A DNA stretch of 64,000 bases from contig JARFYF010000001.1 of NCBI GenBank assembly GCA_030265395.1, forward strand, positions 38,042,232 through 38,106,231. The letters are read 5' to 3'. The notes under the pieces were generated by a model. That model searched no databases, was not told the origin of the DNA, and worked only from the letters and a program-made list of their open reading frames with translations. This DNA comes from Rhina ancylostomus. Its lineage: Eukaryota. Numbering within the stretch: the first letter of the stretch is position 1; each line of letters begins with the position of its first letter. Below, in pieces: positions 38,746 through 53,547 of the stretch. A program made the translations under genes and the position numbers.

Positions 38746-41700
38746 TGAAGCTATATTCAAAGCCAGAGTGCTATCAAGAGCTCAGTACAGACCTCAGTAG
38801 GGATGCTCAAAATGTGATCTGTTCTGTCTCTAACACTCTGCAGTATTCATCCACCAGAGATTCTTACACGGTTGAAGTTTGCTGTACGCAACATAATTTG
38901 GTGATCAGGCGAGCTCACCCATCATCTGCTGGGATGGAGCAAGGGAAGAAAGAGCAGCCAGCTCTTCAGGAGCACAAGGGTTAAAAACCAGCACCTGAAC
39001 TACCAGGAAGAGGTGGTGGAAGAGAAACACTAGGGTGAGAAGCCACTCACCAGGAGCTCCCCGCCATATTTCTCTGAAGAGAACACCTTTCTATGCAAGT
39101 TGCCAGGCAGCATTTCATCTTTGGAATGTTCTCTTAAGCTTCATTATATCAATCTTTGCCCGCCCACATACACTTGCATCAGTCATGCAAGTTCAATACC
39201 CAAGTTTGTATGGGGGTCTTAACACAACTGCCAGTGACCGCATGGGCTGAGGACAGCTGTGCAGTCAAATAAAGGAAAGGGGAGGCAGCAGCTTCCAACA
39301 GGAGGTGTTGAGAGGGACCATAGGATCTGGGTGTTATGTCAGCAATGGGAGCAGATGATGCCCGTCCCAATCAATGGCCCTTATTCACTGTGCCAGCCAG
39401 AATGCCGACTCAAGCACAACATCTCAGTACCAAGAAATCGCACACATGCTCCAGTCTGACCAACATGAGCCCTCACAGGCGGCCTCCCCACACGGAGACA
39501 TGGAGTGATTCACTGCAAGAGTCACACAAGCTGGCCAACACAGCACCTTGGTTAGCAACATGTCTCTCTCTATCTGACCCCTTTTAATGCTGATTCTATT
39601 GGGACATTTGTTCCTGTGCACTAGGGTACCAGTGTACATTTGTTTTTTTTTAAAATGATCCTCAATAGGATTATCAAAAATTAGGCACTTAATTTCAAAG
39701 TATATGTGCACAACAAAGTATTTTGAGGACATATTTATTCATTACAAAATCATTGTGCAGTTTCTTATTTACCCCTCATTTAACCCTATGCTTGTAACTT
39801 GCACCAGTTACCTTAGAGCCACATTACAAGGTATTGGTGTCACACACAGCCCAATCACACAAAGGGTGCAGTTTCCCTTCCCCGAACGGAGGCTGTTAGC
39901 AAATCTGTTGGCTTCTTTACAACTGTCTGGCAACTCTGATGATTGTATATTTGTGTTGGCCCATAAATTCATTGAATTCAATTATGCAACAGGCAAAAAT
40001 CTGATCTCAACTTCTATCCAGACCCTGATTAAGTAATAATGCTTGAATTTTAACTTAAGACAATTTGACTTGTAGCTTTTAACTTCTTTCAATACACAAT
40101 GTTTTCCTAAAACCAAGTTAAATATTTACTTTCTACAGTTTGATATTAACCAAAATGTCTCAAAAACCATTGGAAAATTAAGTACTTTTTTTTAAATGTG
40201 CCAATTGGATCATACAACCTTCTTTGAAGCAATTTGACAAACTTTGACTCATTTCAAATTAACCTTTTGCCAGCAGAAAGAATTGAGACTAATGTTTAAA
40301 AATTGTTTCTCAGAATGCATGCGATGCCCACGAGTCCATATTTACTGCATTGAGAAGTTAATGATAGGCTTTCTCCCTGCACCACTTGCACCTTTTGTTA
40401 GGTTGGCACCTCCACATGCAGTTAGGCTGGAATTCAAGAATTGCTGCCCATCAACAACACAGGGATTAATGTTCATGACAGGATATTTGGTATCATGGAG
40501 TCTGATGTTAGAACTAGTAGAAAATATGATGTGGAATTCGAATCAATCAAGCAATTAATTTTGCTTAATCATGACTCCAAATTAATGGGATGTAATTAAG
40601 AGTTATCAGCTTGAAAAATAGTGCATACAACTCATGGATAATATATTACAGATCTATAAAAGGTTCAAACAGCAACAATCTAGATTGTGTCGACATGCTT
40701 CTGATTGAGTGAAAAGCTCTCTTCCCCCCCCCCCCAAGAGAATTTCTCACATTATAGCCTTAAATAAATACAAAGTCAACACAGCATTTTTGCCTTTGTC
40801 AGGGGTTTGGGTTGAATTAATTTTCAACANNNNNNNNNNNNNNNNNNNNNNNNNNNNNNNNNNNNNNNNNNNNNNNNNNNNNNNNNNNNNNNNNNNNNNN
40901 NNNNNNNNNNNNNNNNNNNNNNNNNNNNNTAAATAAATACAAAGTCAAAACAGAATTTTTGCCTTTGTCAGTGGTTTGGTTTGAATTAATTTTCAACATA
41001 AACTAAAGGAATAGTAATGAGAGGTAACTAAATCCAGGGCTTTTGGATCTTTGCACTTTTCAGAGACTCAACTAAGTACACACTGGTACTCGGTAGGTGG
41101 CAACATTATCCAAGTTGGAAGCTTTGCCGTTCCATAATAGTTAAAGAAAATCATTAATTTGCAAAAATTTGTGATACTGTTCACTAATAGCCAAAACCCC
41201 TTAGCCAAGAAGCTTCTTAAATGAATTGGAACACCAAAATTGGTTGTATTAAAGTGATGAAGGGGAGGGGAAGGGGTTGGGTGGGGCAGCTGTGTTAAAG
41301 TGTAGTTTTCAAATACCCTTTAGCAGTCCAGAAGTTTTCATATTTTGTATTAAAGGATGGAAGGTGTACTTGATACACAGACTGCATCAAGCACAAAAAA
41401 ACAGCTGCAGATTTATTCAAATTCAGGTTACTTTTGCAGGTAATGTATTTTAACTGACTCCACAAATTAATCAAGCTGCATATCAGTGGTCCTAAGTGTG
41501 CATAACCCAGTATTGCCAATACTATCAGGAGTTTTACCTCCTGGGACCAGGTCCCTCAATCATATTAGAATTTCCAGGATCACTTGGTTAACTTGCAAAG
41601 CTGTAGTATGCACTGGATGGAGGCATATATCTGACCAACTACTGGGTCATAGTGGCAACTGGTCCCTTCTGCAGAAGCTAGTGTCTGAAAAGAATTGGTC

Positions 41701-43080
41701 ACCTCAGAGTAGGTCATTTTGATGGGACTCATTTCCATCACACACAAGAATACAGTGCTCCAGGAGCATCAAAGGCCAAATCTGGGGGAATCGTGAAAGA
41801 GTGCCAGGGGTATGAAGCCTGAATTAGTACTTTGCCACAAAAATAAACAGACACATCAACAACTGGTAATTTTCACTCCAAACTTCCCAATAATACCTCC
41901 AAGTTCATCAAAAAGTTCCAGGGAAGTTCAGGGCAAAGTGAGAAGCTGGATTATGTTATTGCCTGTGGTGTTCTTAGAGTATTGTACTCCTGTATGTGAT
42001 TAAAGTGAAGTACTGGGAATGTCCAATTCTTTTCAAACACAACCTTCTGCAAGAGAATCTTTGGCACTGTGACCCAGTAGTTGGACCTAAACATGCCACC
42101 TTCTAGGTATATGCTGAGCACCCGATATGGTGGTGGTAGGCACACACACACTCACTGCACAAGTGCAGTACCTGCCATATTTATTGGGACAAAACAGGAA
42201 TCAGGGCCTTTGCCTCCTCTATTTAAGCCACTAGGCCTTTGCAAACTCCTTTGCAAAATTTAATGGACCACGCTCAGCAGCCCAGTCAACATTCTGAACA
42301 TTATTCTACAGAGCAATCAAACATTTCAATAATCAGTTGCGACTATGAATTTTCAGCATATGAACAATCTAATGTCAGTCAGAATTATTTAAAATTAAAC
42401 AGATTCAAAAATCTTACATATTTTATTCAAAACGCAACATGCTTGGGACTGCATGGAGTAGTGGGTTGAGTAAGGACTCACCAATGCACTTTTACCAATA
42501 GTGGAAAGCATTCTCGTGAATATATAATTTTACTCCTACTACCCTGACAATATTATGATCAGAGTAAAATCAGGTACATGGAGCTGCAAGAGGCAGAGAA
42601 GTCAAATACTTCAGTTGTTTTAAACAGTTGCTATTGCACTGTGCTTGTCCTGTCCTATCCACAAACTACGTTAGAACCCAGAAGAGCCACTGAAGTGAGA
42701 AAACTGCTTTCCACTATTCTATAAATGCAGAGGAACATCCAGATTTGACTACTATATTCACATCAATGTCTCTTTTACAGTCAGTTTAAATAAAAAATTA
42801 CAACTTGATCAACAATTATACCAGAACATCCTTGATACCAGTTAACTGAACATGTAGGAAAGGGTATTTGAATTTAAAAAAAAACATTTGTCAGATAAGA
42901 AACTGAAAGTGAGAAACAACACAGGATAAATGCACAGTTCTTTATGAAAGTAAGAGTTTCCAGGATTATGGTTTTCATTTTTACTCAGGCTACTGTTCAG
43001 ACACAACGTACAAAAGAGCAGTACTGAAACACACAAAAATAGAAAGACTATGAATGCTTTTTAAATTAGAAGTTACTTAC

Positions 43081-43255
43081 CCCTAGTAACAGCATCCAGA
43101 GCACAGCCAGATCCTGTTGCCCCTCCCCCAATAATAAGGACATCAAATTCCTTCGTGGTCTGTAAAGTGTATAGTTGAGCTTCTCTGGATGGGAATTCAT
43201 TTTCAGGACATTCCCTGTTCAACAGTTCTGATGCTTGAACATAAGAAAGGCGGGC
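43081..43255 (-). CDS. GPD2: GPD2 exon 3, 175 nt: ARLSYVQASE...PSREAQLYTLQTTKEFDVLIIGGGATGSGCALDAVTR(G); contains the Rossmann GxGxxG FAD-binding motif
   Basis: Translated by hand because it is absent from the ORF track. Acceptor cttag|GCC, donor G|gtaagt. Confidence 0.96.
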
Positions 43256-44569
43256 CTAAGCAATTAAAATGGAAGGACAATAAAGCAAGATTTCAACACA
43301 GAATTTTCCACTTGTGTCTAATTAAAAATATTGAAATGGCAGCAAAAGTGTCTGACATTTTATGACAATATTCTCTCACCAAACATGAAACAAGTTCATT
43401 TACAAAAATACAGCTTTATATTCAATATTCTTCAGTAATATTCTTAGACTCTTAGGGCTAGGAATTTCTCCTCACTCACTTATGTCCAAAATTTAATTCC
43501 ATTTAATTCAATGAAGGCAAAATTTCAGAAGCAAATTACAATGTGCAGCCACTTTATATGCATTTTAAGCACAAACAAATAAGGATGAAATGGTTTCTCT
43601 TAATATTGGGTTTTAGACCTGGCATTATTTTCAAAGAACCCAGCAGTTAGTAGCAAGAGGTATTGGTATCCAAGTGGACAGAATGATCAAATGATCTTTT
43701 TGGGAATTATGTTAAAGATCAGCATTAACGAAGTCCACATGGTTCAGAGTTATAGGCTGCTGTGACCTTCCCATACTGCATTTGCATATTAAATGTTCCA
43801 TGAACTCGCCACAGTAAGTTAGGTAGAGCACTTATTTGCACATATACCCTTTCACCAGTGATACCCATTTGTAAATAAAGATCTTTAATTAAGAAAGTGA
43901 TCAATTAAAAAAAATCTGAAGTGACTTACCCCTAGTCCCCATCAAAAAATTTGAAAAATTCCTTTAATAAGGTGAACTGCAGTTGAAGAATTCCAAAATT
44001 TCAATTTTTTTGTAAGGTTTTCCTTGCTTTTCTCTCCTCCCCCCCCCACAAATAAAATCGTTCTTTCTCACGTGTTATTTCCCTATGCCCTACTTCAACA
44101 TTTAATTCATCCCCTGCAATTTACTGGCCCTCTCAGACCAATTTTAAGTCCCCATTGGTTAAGGAAATGTAGAGTTGCTTTTGCCATTCACCAAGATCCC
44201 AGCTGCCTTGTTGTCCCATGGTAAAATACAATCAGTTTCCTCAACAAAACAAACAAGTAGGAAGATGGCAAGAGAAATCTAATCAACCACTGGGCATGCC
44301 TCAGCCACTCCAGGAAATTCCAGCCTACTGGAATGTAACTTTGCTTCCAGAATCACTTTTTTTGCACAAACTTAGTCAAAGGATTGAATGCAATAAAAAA
44401 CACCGTTACAGCACTGATAGAAAATGGGCAAGGAGCCCTGTCAGACAACATAGTTGAAACACTTCATATACCCCACATTCTGTAAGGTAGTAACATTTTA
44501 TTTCACTCAGCCCATACATGTGAAAATGATAAAGTGTGCACTTTTCAGTGTGATAAAAGTTCAGAAAGA

Positions 44570-44975
44570 GGCATTTTGACCCATCACACTAGTCCCAAAT
44601 CTCTAGTGGATCCACCCAATTAGATCCAATGCCCTGCTCTTTCATCTCAATCTCAGTAACTTTCCCTCTTCAAGTATTTATTCAATTCCCTTTTGGAAGT
44701 CATTTTTGACTTGTGCTTCCTCCACCATGACAACCAATGTATCTCAGACTACAACAATTCACTGGGTAATAAAAAGTGCTCAAAAGCTCTCTTCATGTTG
44801 CTCTGGATCTTTTGCTATCAATTCAACTCTGGTTCCTTCAGTTACCAATCTTTTTGCTGGTGGGAACTGCTTCTCAAAACCATTCACAATCTGGGCATAT
44901 CCATCAAACAACCTTTGCTGTTACAAGGAGAGCAATCAATCCCAGGTTCTCCAGACTCTTTCCACATGTGGTAAC
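44570..44975 (-). mobile_element. Old CR1 3' fragment
   Basis: ggcattttgacccatc 3' motif and decayed C-terminal coding (ttccatcac/accattc-type segments). Confidence 0.55.
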
Positions 44976-45989
44976 TTCATTCTTTACAATAGAGAAGAGA
45001 TATTTATACATTTTCTTTCCATGTCAACATCCATCACATAACCATGTCTAAACCACTGCCCAAATAACTACTGTAAGTCTAAATGACTGCCAATTTCAAG
45101 TTTATCCTTTCCTTTCAACAATTGCATTACCCTTATAATACAAAATAGCCTTGATTTCTTTAAATAAATTTACAAAACATAGATACAATGATAAATTCAA
45201 CGATCACTTTGTGTTTTTCTACAGAAGGCTTGTAATTCTTCCCCCCCCCCACCACATAATTATTTTTACAAATTGTTTAAAAAGAGGGTTGGAAAGCCAT
45301 ATTAATGATAGGTTCACTTTGGTTAATTTCAAACACACAATTTCTCACTCCAAGGGGAGATAGAGAAGTTTAATGATGACTAAATGTTTTATTCAAATCT
45401 ATACACAGAACTCATACTGAATGATTATATCAATTTTGCTCCTGCTGGAACATGATTTGACTTGCAAATTATTGAACGTACAGTATCAAGACATTTGCAA
45501 TTTGGAGCTTAACAGCAAACGAGACCTATTAATTATCATCTACTTCCAAAAAAAGTGCATATTTAAAGACTGCAGACAATTAACAGCCAGGTTGTCCTGT
45601 AATCACAGTTTTAGTCAAATGCAAGATTTCATGCAAATTACTTAGAGACTGGGATTTCATTTGTTTTCTCACTGGAGTTACTTTCAGATCATATTCATTT
45701 ATTAGAGCCCCCAGTACTTTAAAAATACACCAGGTTGCAATGAACTTAATACAGAATATACTTGTGCACATAAATCACTGATGATCTGATAATAATTATG
45801 CATGTTGCGTGCAAGGTTTCAAAGTATGAATTAGATAAAAGAATGATAGATTTACTTTCTTGTATAATAATTGACAGAACATTAAAAACAAGTTCAATGA
45901 ATTAATAATAATCAATAGAAGCCGTGATTGGGACTCCCAGTACCTAATGCAAACCATGCCAAGTGTGGATGTTCAGTTAAAATCAGGCA

Positions 45990-46178
45990 GCAACTGGAAT
46001 CCATTGCCTGCAAGAGTGGTTGAAGCTGGGTTGCTGACAGCATTTCAATAGTGTCTAGATGAACACTTAAATCACTGAGGCATAGAGAGCTATGGACCAA
46101 GTGCTGGGTGCTGGGGTTAGCATGGAAGAATTGGGCTAAATGGAGAGTTTCCCTTCTCTTCAATTCTATGATTCTATG
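45990..46178 (+). mobile_element. CR1 3' end with (attctatg)2 tail
   Basis: tggaatccattgcctgcaagagtggttgaagc (WNpLPaRVVEA)...gggctaaatgg...attctatgattctatga. Confidence 0.75.
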
Positions 46179-46649
46179 AAGTTACTCTTCTAATCCCAGA
46201 ACCTTCCGACTATCTTGCAATTTTAATTTACTCTTTTGAACAGGGGATCAAAACACCCATCTTTGGTTGGCAAGATATTGATCAGGGCCTGCCAATATCA
46301 ATGGGACCTAAGTATGAGTTGAAGGCCTGTATGGTGAAAACAGTGACAGAGTGTTTCTCCATAACGCATTAGGAGATGGGCAATGGACCAGAAAAGGTCT
46401 AGGGTCCTTGATGTGCCCTTTAATAGTCATCCCAACCCCACCAAGATGCCTTGGATTTCCCTATCCATTGGCACAATTGGGTGCAGAAGTTGTGTACCCA
46501 ATTGCAGTGGATTGACCACAGTAAGATTGAATTCTCCTCACTGGCAGCCAGGCAGTGTATCCGGCCAGGTGAAGTGAGTCAGAACACTGTCCAAAGATAT
46601 GCCTTCTTCTCACTTTGGTCGAGAGTGATCAATCCCTTATTATTGGGAC

Positions 46650-47200
46650 AGGGATCCTTGCAGTTCTAGACTGCTCAGCCAGGGAAACATCACGTCTGCA
46701 ACAATCCTGTCAAGTCCTGTAAGAATTTTGTATGTTTTAACAAGATCACTTCTCATTCTTTTAAACACCGAAGAGTACAAGAACAGTTTGCCTAATCTCA
46801 AAACAAATCCTTCTATTCCAGGAATCAATCCAGTGAACTTCTGTTGTACTCCTTCTATCAGATGTACAATCTTACAGGAGATCAAACCTGTACATAATTC
46901 TTAAGTGTGGCTCACCAGTACAGTGAGAGATCTTTACCTTGAGGCAAAGACTAGCAATAAGCATCAACATACCAATTGCCTTCCTAACTGCATGTTATAC
47001 TTGCATATTAACTTAAAAGGACACAGGTCCCACTAAAACCTACAGCTTCCAATTTACTGCTGTTTAAAAATACTCTGCCTTTCNNNNNNNNNNNNNNNNA
47101 AGCAAAAATCTTACACTTCTTCATGTCATCTTCCAATCTGTCATACCCCAGCCCATTCACTTAGTTTACTGAGATCCCCTCTGTGTCCTCCTCAAAGCAT
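46650..47200 (-). mobile_element. CR1 C-terminal fragment
   Basis: ORF 46640..46885 reads IEGVQQKFTGLIPGI...RMRSDLVKTYKILTGLDR. Confidence 0.85.
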
Positions 47201-47837
47201 TCAGGTTAGACTAAAGTGGACAAAAATCAGATTGGCCGCCACGCCTAAATACTCTCTGGATTTACCACACAATTTGGCACATTGCCAATCCTCCCATCTA
47301 CTCCTTAAAAATCAGAGCCAAAAGCCTCTTAGTCACTACATTTCAATGGAGCTTAAATAAATAAACAAGTTAAAGCAGGGAGCAGCTATATAAGGGCAGC
47401 AATACAGAATGTTGCCAAACAAGCTTTTGAAATAAAGAAAATCAAATGATTCAAATGCTAATAGTGTAAATCTTCAAGTTTGGTAACAGTGAAAAAGATG
47501 ACCAATAGGTGTGCGGAACACCTATAGGTTTGCATTTTAAAAAAGGCACTGTAATCTTTTGCAATCAATTTTTTAAAATCTTCCATTATTGTAAATTATT
47601 TGCACTGCTCCAGCATTCTGAACCTTTGCAGATTACAACATACCTTTTGTTTCTCTACAGCAACTCTGCAACCTGATTGAGCACAGATGCTTTCAATCAA
47701 GCAATCATCCCAGTGCTGTCCCTGCCCTGGGAGTATGTAATAGGGTAGTGCAGAGGGAGCTTTATTCTATATTTAACCTGTTGTTTTGGCACTGTTCCCA
47801 CTTTGTTCAGTCTTTAGTCTCAAGAAAACAATAAATA

Positions 47838-48200
47838 TCAGCTGTGCCCCAGATGGTGGGCCTGTAAGTCAGAAAGTTGTGCGCTCAAGTTCCATTTGAA
47901 CCTGGGCTATGATTCTGGTGCAGTAATGAGAGAGTGCTGCACTATCTGATGTGGTTGCTTTTCAATGCAATGTTCTATCTTCCTACCTGGACAAAATATC
48001 CCATGGGATTACCGTGAAGAGAAAATGTCCTGGCCAATATTTATTCCTCAACCAACAACACAAAAGACTATGGATTCAGTCACACTGTGGGAAACTGATG
48101 TGAGCAAATTAGCCACTAAAACTTCTGACAATATCGCAATGACTGAACTTCCAAACTAGGCAATTGGCTGTAAAATGCTTTGGAGTATTCAGAAAATGAA
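47838..48200 (+). mobile_element. Deu-domain SINE (SacSINE1/AmnSINE-related)
   Basis: tRNA-like head (gtcagaaagttgtgcgctcaagt), core gtcctggccaatatttattcctcaaccaaca...ctgtgggaaact, and tail aattggctgtaaaatgctttgga. Confidence 0.7.
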
Positions 48201-49749
48201 AAGGGTCTCTATGAATGCACATTTTCTTATGGAAGGATAAGATGTGGGTTCTATAAAAATAACAGCACAGTGGTAGAAATGAAATAAATATGCCCCTTTG
48301 TAGTTAAGCTGTTGAACTCCAATAGTCATAAATAATACCCTCATTAAAACTGTGCCAACAGAGAATAATTTCTATAAGTGCACTTTCATAAAATCATTGA
48401 TACAGCATTTCCCAGAAAATGTCAGAGGGACAAAAACTGCAACAAGGATTTAAAGTGATGGTTTGGAAAGCAGGCAGAGAAATGGCAAGGTTGAGGGCTT
48501 TGGGATGAATGTTGATAGGGAAGCCCAAAGCTGGAGTAGTATAAGCTAGGTAATAGAACAGCAGAGGCTGTGAGCTCAGTTAGAGGAAGTCACAGAGTCC
48601 AGTTGGGCAAGGCTGCATTTGGATTTCTAAAATCATGACAGTCAAATCAGTGAAGCACTATGGCTGCAAGTGTGGGGTGGAACTCTTGAGTGATTNNNNN
48701 NNNNNNNNNNNNNNNNNNNNNNNNNNNNNNNNNNNNNNNNNNNNNNNNNNNNNNNNNNNNNNNNNNNNNNNNNNNNNNNNNNNNNNNNNNNNNNNTGGAA
48801 CTCATGAGTGATTGGCAAATATGAATTAGCTCAGGTTTGGATCCAAGGACTGGAGCTTACAATGAGGTTGGGTATGTGTATTGTGAACCACTCAAAGTTG
48901 CTGAGGGAGTCTTGGAGCAATCAATGTAACAAGTGGGAATGAGAAATGGACAAATGTTACAGAGGTGTAAAATAAATAATCTTGGTGACTGAGGCTGCAA
49001 GTCTGAAAAAGTCTCATTCTGCTCTTGGCTAACTTCATAACAAATTAAAGGCTAGAAATTGGTAGGAAACAACTGCCTAGTCTTGGGCAGGAGCAGTGCA
49101 GCATTCTCCTATTGCTGTACCAATCTTAACTCAGAGTCTTGCCCCTCAGTTTCTGGACCAGAACTTGCAACCTTCTGACTGGTTGTAGAGTACAATCAGA
49201 AGGTAGTGGGTCACACTGCAGATTCATTCCAAATGCCAAACTTCTCCCTGATAAAACCCACGAAAATTCCAAGGTGATTTCAATACATTTAAAAATGTCC
49301 ACTCTTTATAATCTTAAAATTCTCACTGTTGTCTAATGTGAAATAAAAAGAATGTAAGAATTACTGGAGGATCTCATCCCAATTCTCCTATATTAATTGA
49401 CAAGTACTTTGTTTACAATTATGTTTGCTGATGAATCCATCTGCTTAAAATCAGCAGGAATAAATGATTATGAAACCGTCCACTAAGAACGCCAGAGGGC
49501 AAAAATTGGTGAAGGCAATGATATGTATTTTAAGAGCTTAAGGCTCAAGTATTGAGTATATATCACTTTCTTTTTCAGGAGTCTGAATTTCTCTAACCAA
49601 GTTCAGCTCAGCTAATTCTCACCCTGAGTGCTGTCAATGGTTAATTTTTTTAAAAATATGCCACATTTGTTCAACTTTACACCTTAATTCAGAGTATCTT
49701 GCAAACTGAATAAAGAAAAAGTGCAGAATGAAAACAATGTTACTCTAGA

Positions 49750-50640
49750 GCACAAACATGAATGCTGGAAACTCTCAGCAGATCAGGCAGCACAAGTGGA
49801 AAGAAAAGAGTTGATGTTTCAGCTCAAGGACCCTTCTACAGAACCATGGCAGTCAGAAAACATGTGTATGAAGTTGCAGAAAAGGGAAAGTTTAAAATAA
49901 GATTAGATAGAGAGAGAAGAGGAAAAGAAGCTAAAACAGAAAGATGCAGCCACATCAGTAGAGTGAAGGTGGAACAGAGCTGAATTTGTTTAATTCAATA
50001 GATAGTCCCAAGGACTGCAAAGTGCTCAAACAGGAGCGAGGAACAGTTCCTCAAGCTTACAATGGGCAACATTAGAGATTAAAGTCATAGAGGTCAGAAC
50101 AGGATCAGGACAGAGATTTAAAATGACAGGCAACTGAAAGCTCAGGTCACCCTTGTGGGACTTAATATTAAACTTAACAATTTTAGGGCTCTCCCTCTCT
50201 CTGCAAATATAACTCTTTGTTTCAATTTGTTTCTTGAGATCTTCTGCCTTTTGTTTTTTTAAAAATGTAATTGTTAATGCAGCAACTTCAGTCTGCACCA
50301 TATCACAGACATTCCCTCCGTTTTCTCCACCCTCCCTGTCTTGGCAACACAAAACACAAGTGGTCTCTCATTATACTGGCCATCTCCCCTTATTATTTCT
50401 GTCCAGATGAAGGTCTTGACTCTAAATGCCAACTGTCCATTTCCCTCCATTGATACTGGCTGGCCTACTGAGTTCCTCCAGCACTGTGTGTGGCTTCTCA
50501 TTTTCCTGGTTCTGACAATGGATCCTTGACCTGAAGTTCCAATTCTGATCCTCTCCTCACTGATACTAGTTGACCAGCTGAGTACTCACTGCATTTTAGG
50601 TCTTTGTTTTGGATTTCCAGCATCTGCAGTTTTCTGCTCC
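49750..50640. mobile_element. Composite Penelope-like remnant: left arm, minus-strand endonuclease remnant, and two right arms (50400-50495, 50508-50638)
   Basis: The minus strand gives HCKLEE..., a decayed form of RKLEEQHLIF. The arms match the family consensus. Confidence 0.65.
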
Positions 50641-50849
50641 AATATTTCTAGAGCAAAACAGGTAACACAAAATTTGTGTAGCAAATTCAACCAAAACACA
50701 AATGTTTTCTTCACATGGGCAATTTATTTGCCATTTCTTTCCTTCTTTTGATTTTCTTCTCTTCCTTTTTCCTCACCCATGAATCCTTTGGTGGAGTGTG
50801 GTTCCAAATTACCAATTTCACATCACTCCTAACACGTCCCCTATATATC

Positions 50850-51043
50850 CATTCAAAGTCAAAGTCCAGTTTATTGTCATATGCAGAAGTACATGTTTGC
50901 ACAGGTGCAATGAAAAACTTACTTGCAGCAGCATCACAGGCACATAGCATCAATATAAGCAGCATTCACAAGAAAAGCATAAATTAAACATAAATTATGC
51001 ACAACTTTTACAAGAAAGAACAAAAAATAACAAAGTCCATTTT
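50850..51043 (-). mobile_element. Rex1/Babar-like 3' tail
   Basis: The reverse complement ends gacaataaactggactttgactttga, the same tail architecture as 22950-23015. Confidence 0.55.
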
Positions 51044-53547
51044 NNNNNNNTTGCAAAGTTTAAGTCATCACATCTAGTCAAGTGTCAGCAGGTTAGAAAC
51101 GGTTGAGGATATCACAGCCAAGTTTAACTCCATCCTCACTTCACTTCCATCCATACACTTCCAACAGACGTCACTTGATGAAAATCAAGGGAAAGGACTC
51201 GCGACTGTCATCCCTTCTCTAGCCCAGCATGCTAACAATGAGTAGTTTTCCTTTTCACACCTTGCTTGACATCAGCTGCAGCAACACAACCTACAGACTG
51301 CATCTAGTGCTGTCCTGTATGGACCACTTGTGTAAAGTATTAGTGATCACATGATTATCATCCGAATACATTTTTCTCCTGGTATTGGAAATATCTGAAA
51401 TATAAACAAAGATCATCCAAATTTCAGTGCTGGCAGTAGACCATAGCAGTTTCCTTCTGGGTGCCAGTATTGATGAGATTTTGGTCTCAGAATTTCAATG
51501 TTTGACCAGGTCAAATCAAGAAGAGTGCATTTTGGAATATAATGCCAAACTCTGTGCCATGTTCTCATAATAAGAGAACCCTTTCTAAATCTCAATTAAT
51601 GCAAGCATTTTTGGACTGTGCCCAACCCTACAGAAAGGTCAACATTTCTCATTTCACTTAGAAAACTTGCTGCTAAGGATGCAATGCCCTCCAGGCCATT
51701 TGTATCTTGGTCAGAGAAATCAAAATCACAAAACTCTCCTTTTTCACCTTGTAATAATGTCAGAAATGTAATTATGGTTGGATTTCAAAGATAGCTTAGA
51801 AAATCTGTAACAAAAATACAGCAAATTTCATCAGGAATGTGGTTTCAGTAATGTGGATTCAGAAATACACATATTATATTCTGCTTGTATTTAATAAGTA
51901 TTATATTGTGTAAATTTTACTTGTGCAATATAAAAGAAGAAAAAGTTAGATTACGTATATGATAGGGGGTTGGTTATTCTTTGAAAGGTGTGCACCCTCC
52001 CCACATGGTAGGGATGCTACATTATTTGATGACTTCTGGGGAACCAAGTGGGAAACCCACAAAACGATATCCTTCTTATAAACCCCCCAGAAATGGTGTT
52101 AAAAATGCAATTAGAGTTTACCTCCAACTACCCAAAAACAAAATCCAGGGAAGCTTGTGGGATTGATGCAATGAAATGGTAGACATAACCTGGGAAGAAT
52201 TGTCTTTAATTTCTTGATTCCACACACCTCAGGAACTTGCCAAAACACACAAAGTTAGGAAGAGCAGGTGTCTGCACAGCACTGCAGCAATAACACCCAA
52301 AAACTGAAACAATCTGTCAATGGCTTGACATATGCTGTGGTCAAATCTGGACAGTAGCATTTCATAATTAAAATGTGCACTGAGTAGTATTTCAACACTT
52401 CTAAAACCATTTTAAATACCAATGGATCATGATTTTGGGTAGTTTTCAACCAACTTTCAAATGAACTGCTGAGAGAGAGGAAAAGAGAATGAAAGAGGCA
52501 AAGATTGAGAGAGGCTGTCCAAATATTTATTGTTTGGTATGATTAGTTTGTACAGCTGCTGAAGGTGATCTAAGTTTTAATTAACTGCTGATGAGTGACA
52601 AATATTCATTTAATGTGAGGCCTTTTCTTTATATTAACCTATTTGCAATTCACATCAATTTGCTCTTCTTGGGTTTAATTCCTAGCAGATATTTTTTCAG
52701 GCCTTTATTTCAGTTAAATAACTTCTGGTAATCCAAATTTCATGATTGACAGAAATTCTGGGCATTTAAAAAGAGAACTAGTTACAAGTGATCTTTATTC
52801 ACTCATTTCCAAATCTTGTACAAGTTGTTCTTCCATGGCTCTGGACAATGGAAAATGAAGTGATCACGTGATAGATTCCCCAGAAAGGCAGACAGCAAGA
52901 GAAAATCACCAGGTACAAAAATCTATCAGGTTGGACCTCCTTCAACACAACCCACTGTCCATATCTGCTACTCAAGTCCCTGCCACGTGCACTCGCCTGG
53001 TGCGGAAGTGAAAAGCTAAGATCACTGGCCCCCTGCACCCAGGAGCTAGGCACTGAGGCCTCAGCAATGTCTGAGGAGAAAGTTCAGAAAGAGAGAGCAA
53101 AATTAATGTTGTTTGGGCTGGAGAGGGAACAGGCACCCCGTAAACATATTCTACTTAATATTATACTCCTTGATCAGAAATGAAGATGGTATACTACAAA
53201 GGAGATAAGAGAGGGGAAATCAACAAGTGGAAAAGAGCTGGCACTCAGCCACCACAAGTAGTAAATGGGGCAGATGTTTCCCCTGAGTTACACTGTCTGT
53301 CCAACATAACTTCCACCCAAGGATGGGCAATAAATGCTGACCTTGCCTTGGGTCTGAGTACATGTTAACCTGAGGGCAAAGGTATTGCCTCTAATTAAGT
53401 GTCTAACTTGCTGGATACATAGATTAAAATTGCTGCCCACTGTTGCACTAGGGTGAGGGGGGGGAGGAGGGGTCACTCAGGAAGAGAAGACTTATCTACT
53501 CTTCCATCCACCCATAAAAGCAATGGCTCTATTTTGAATGAAAATTA

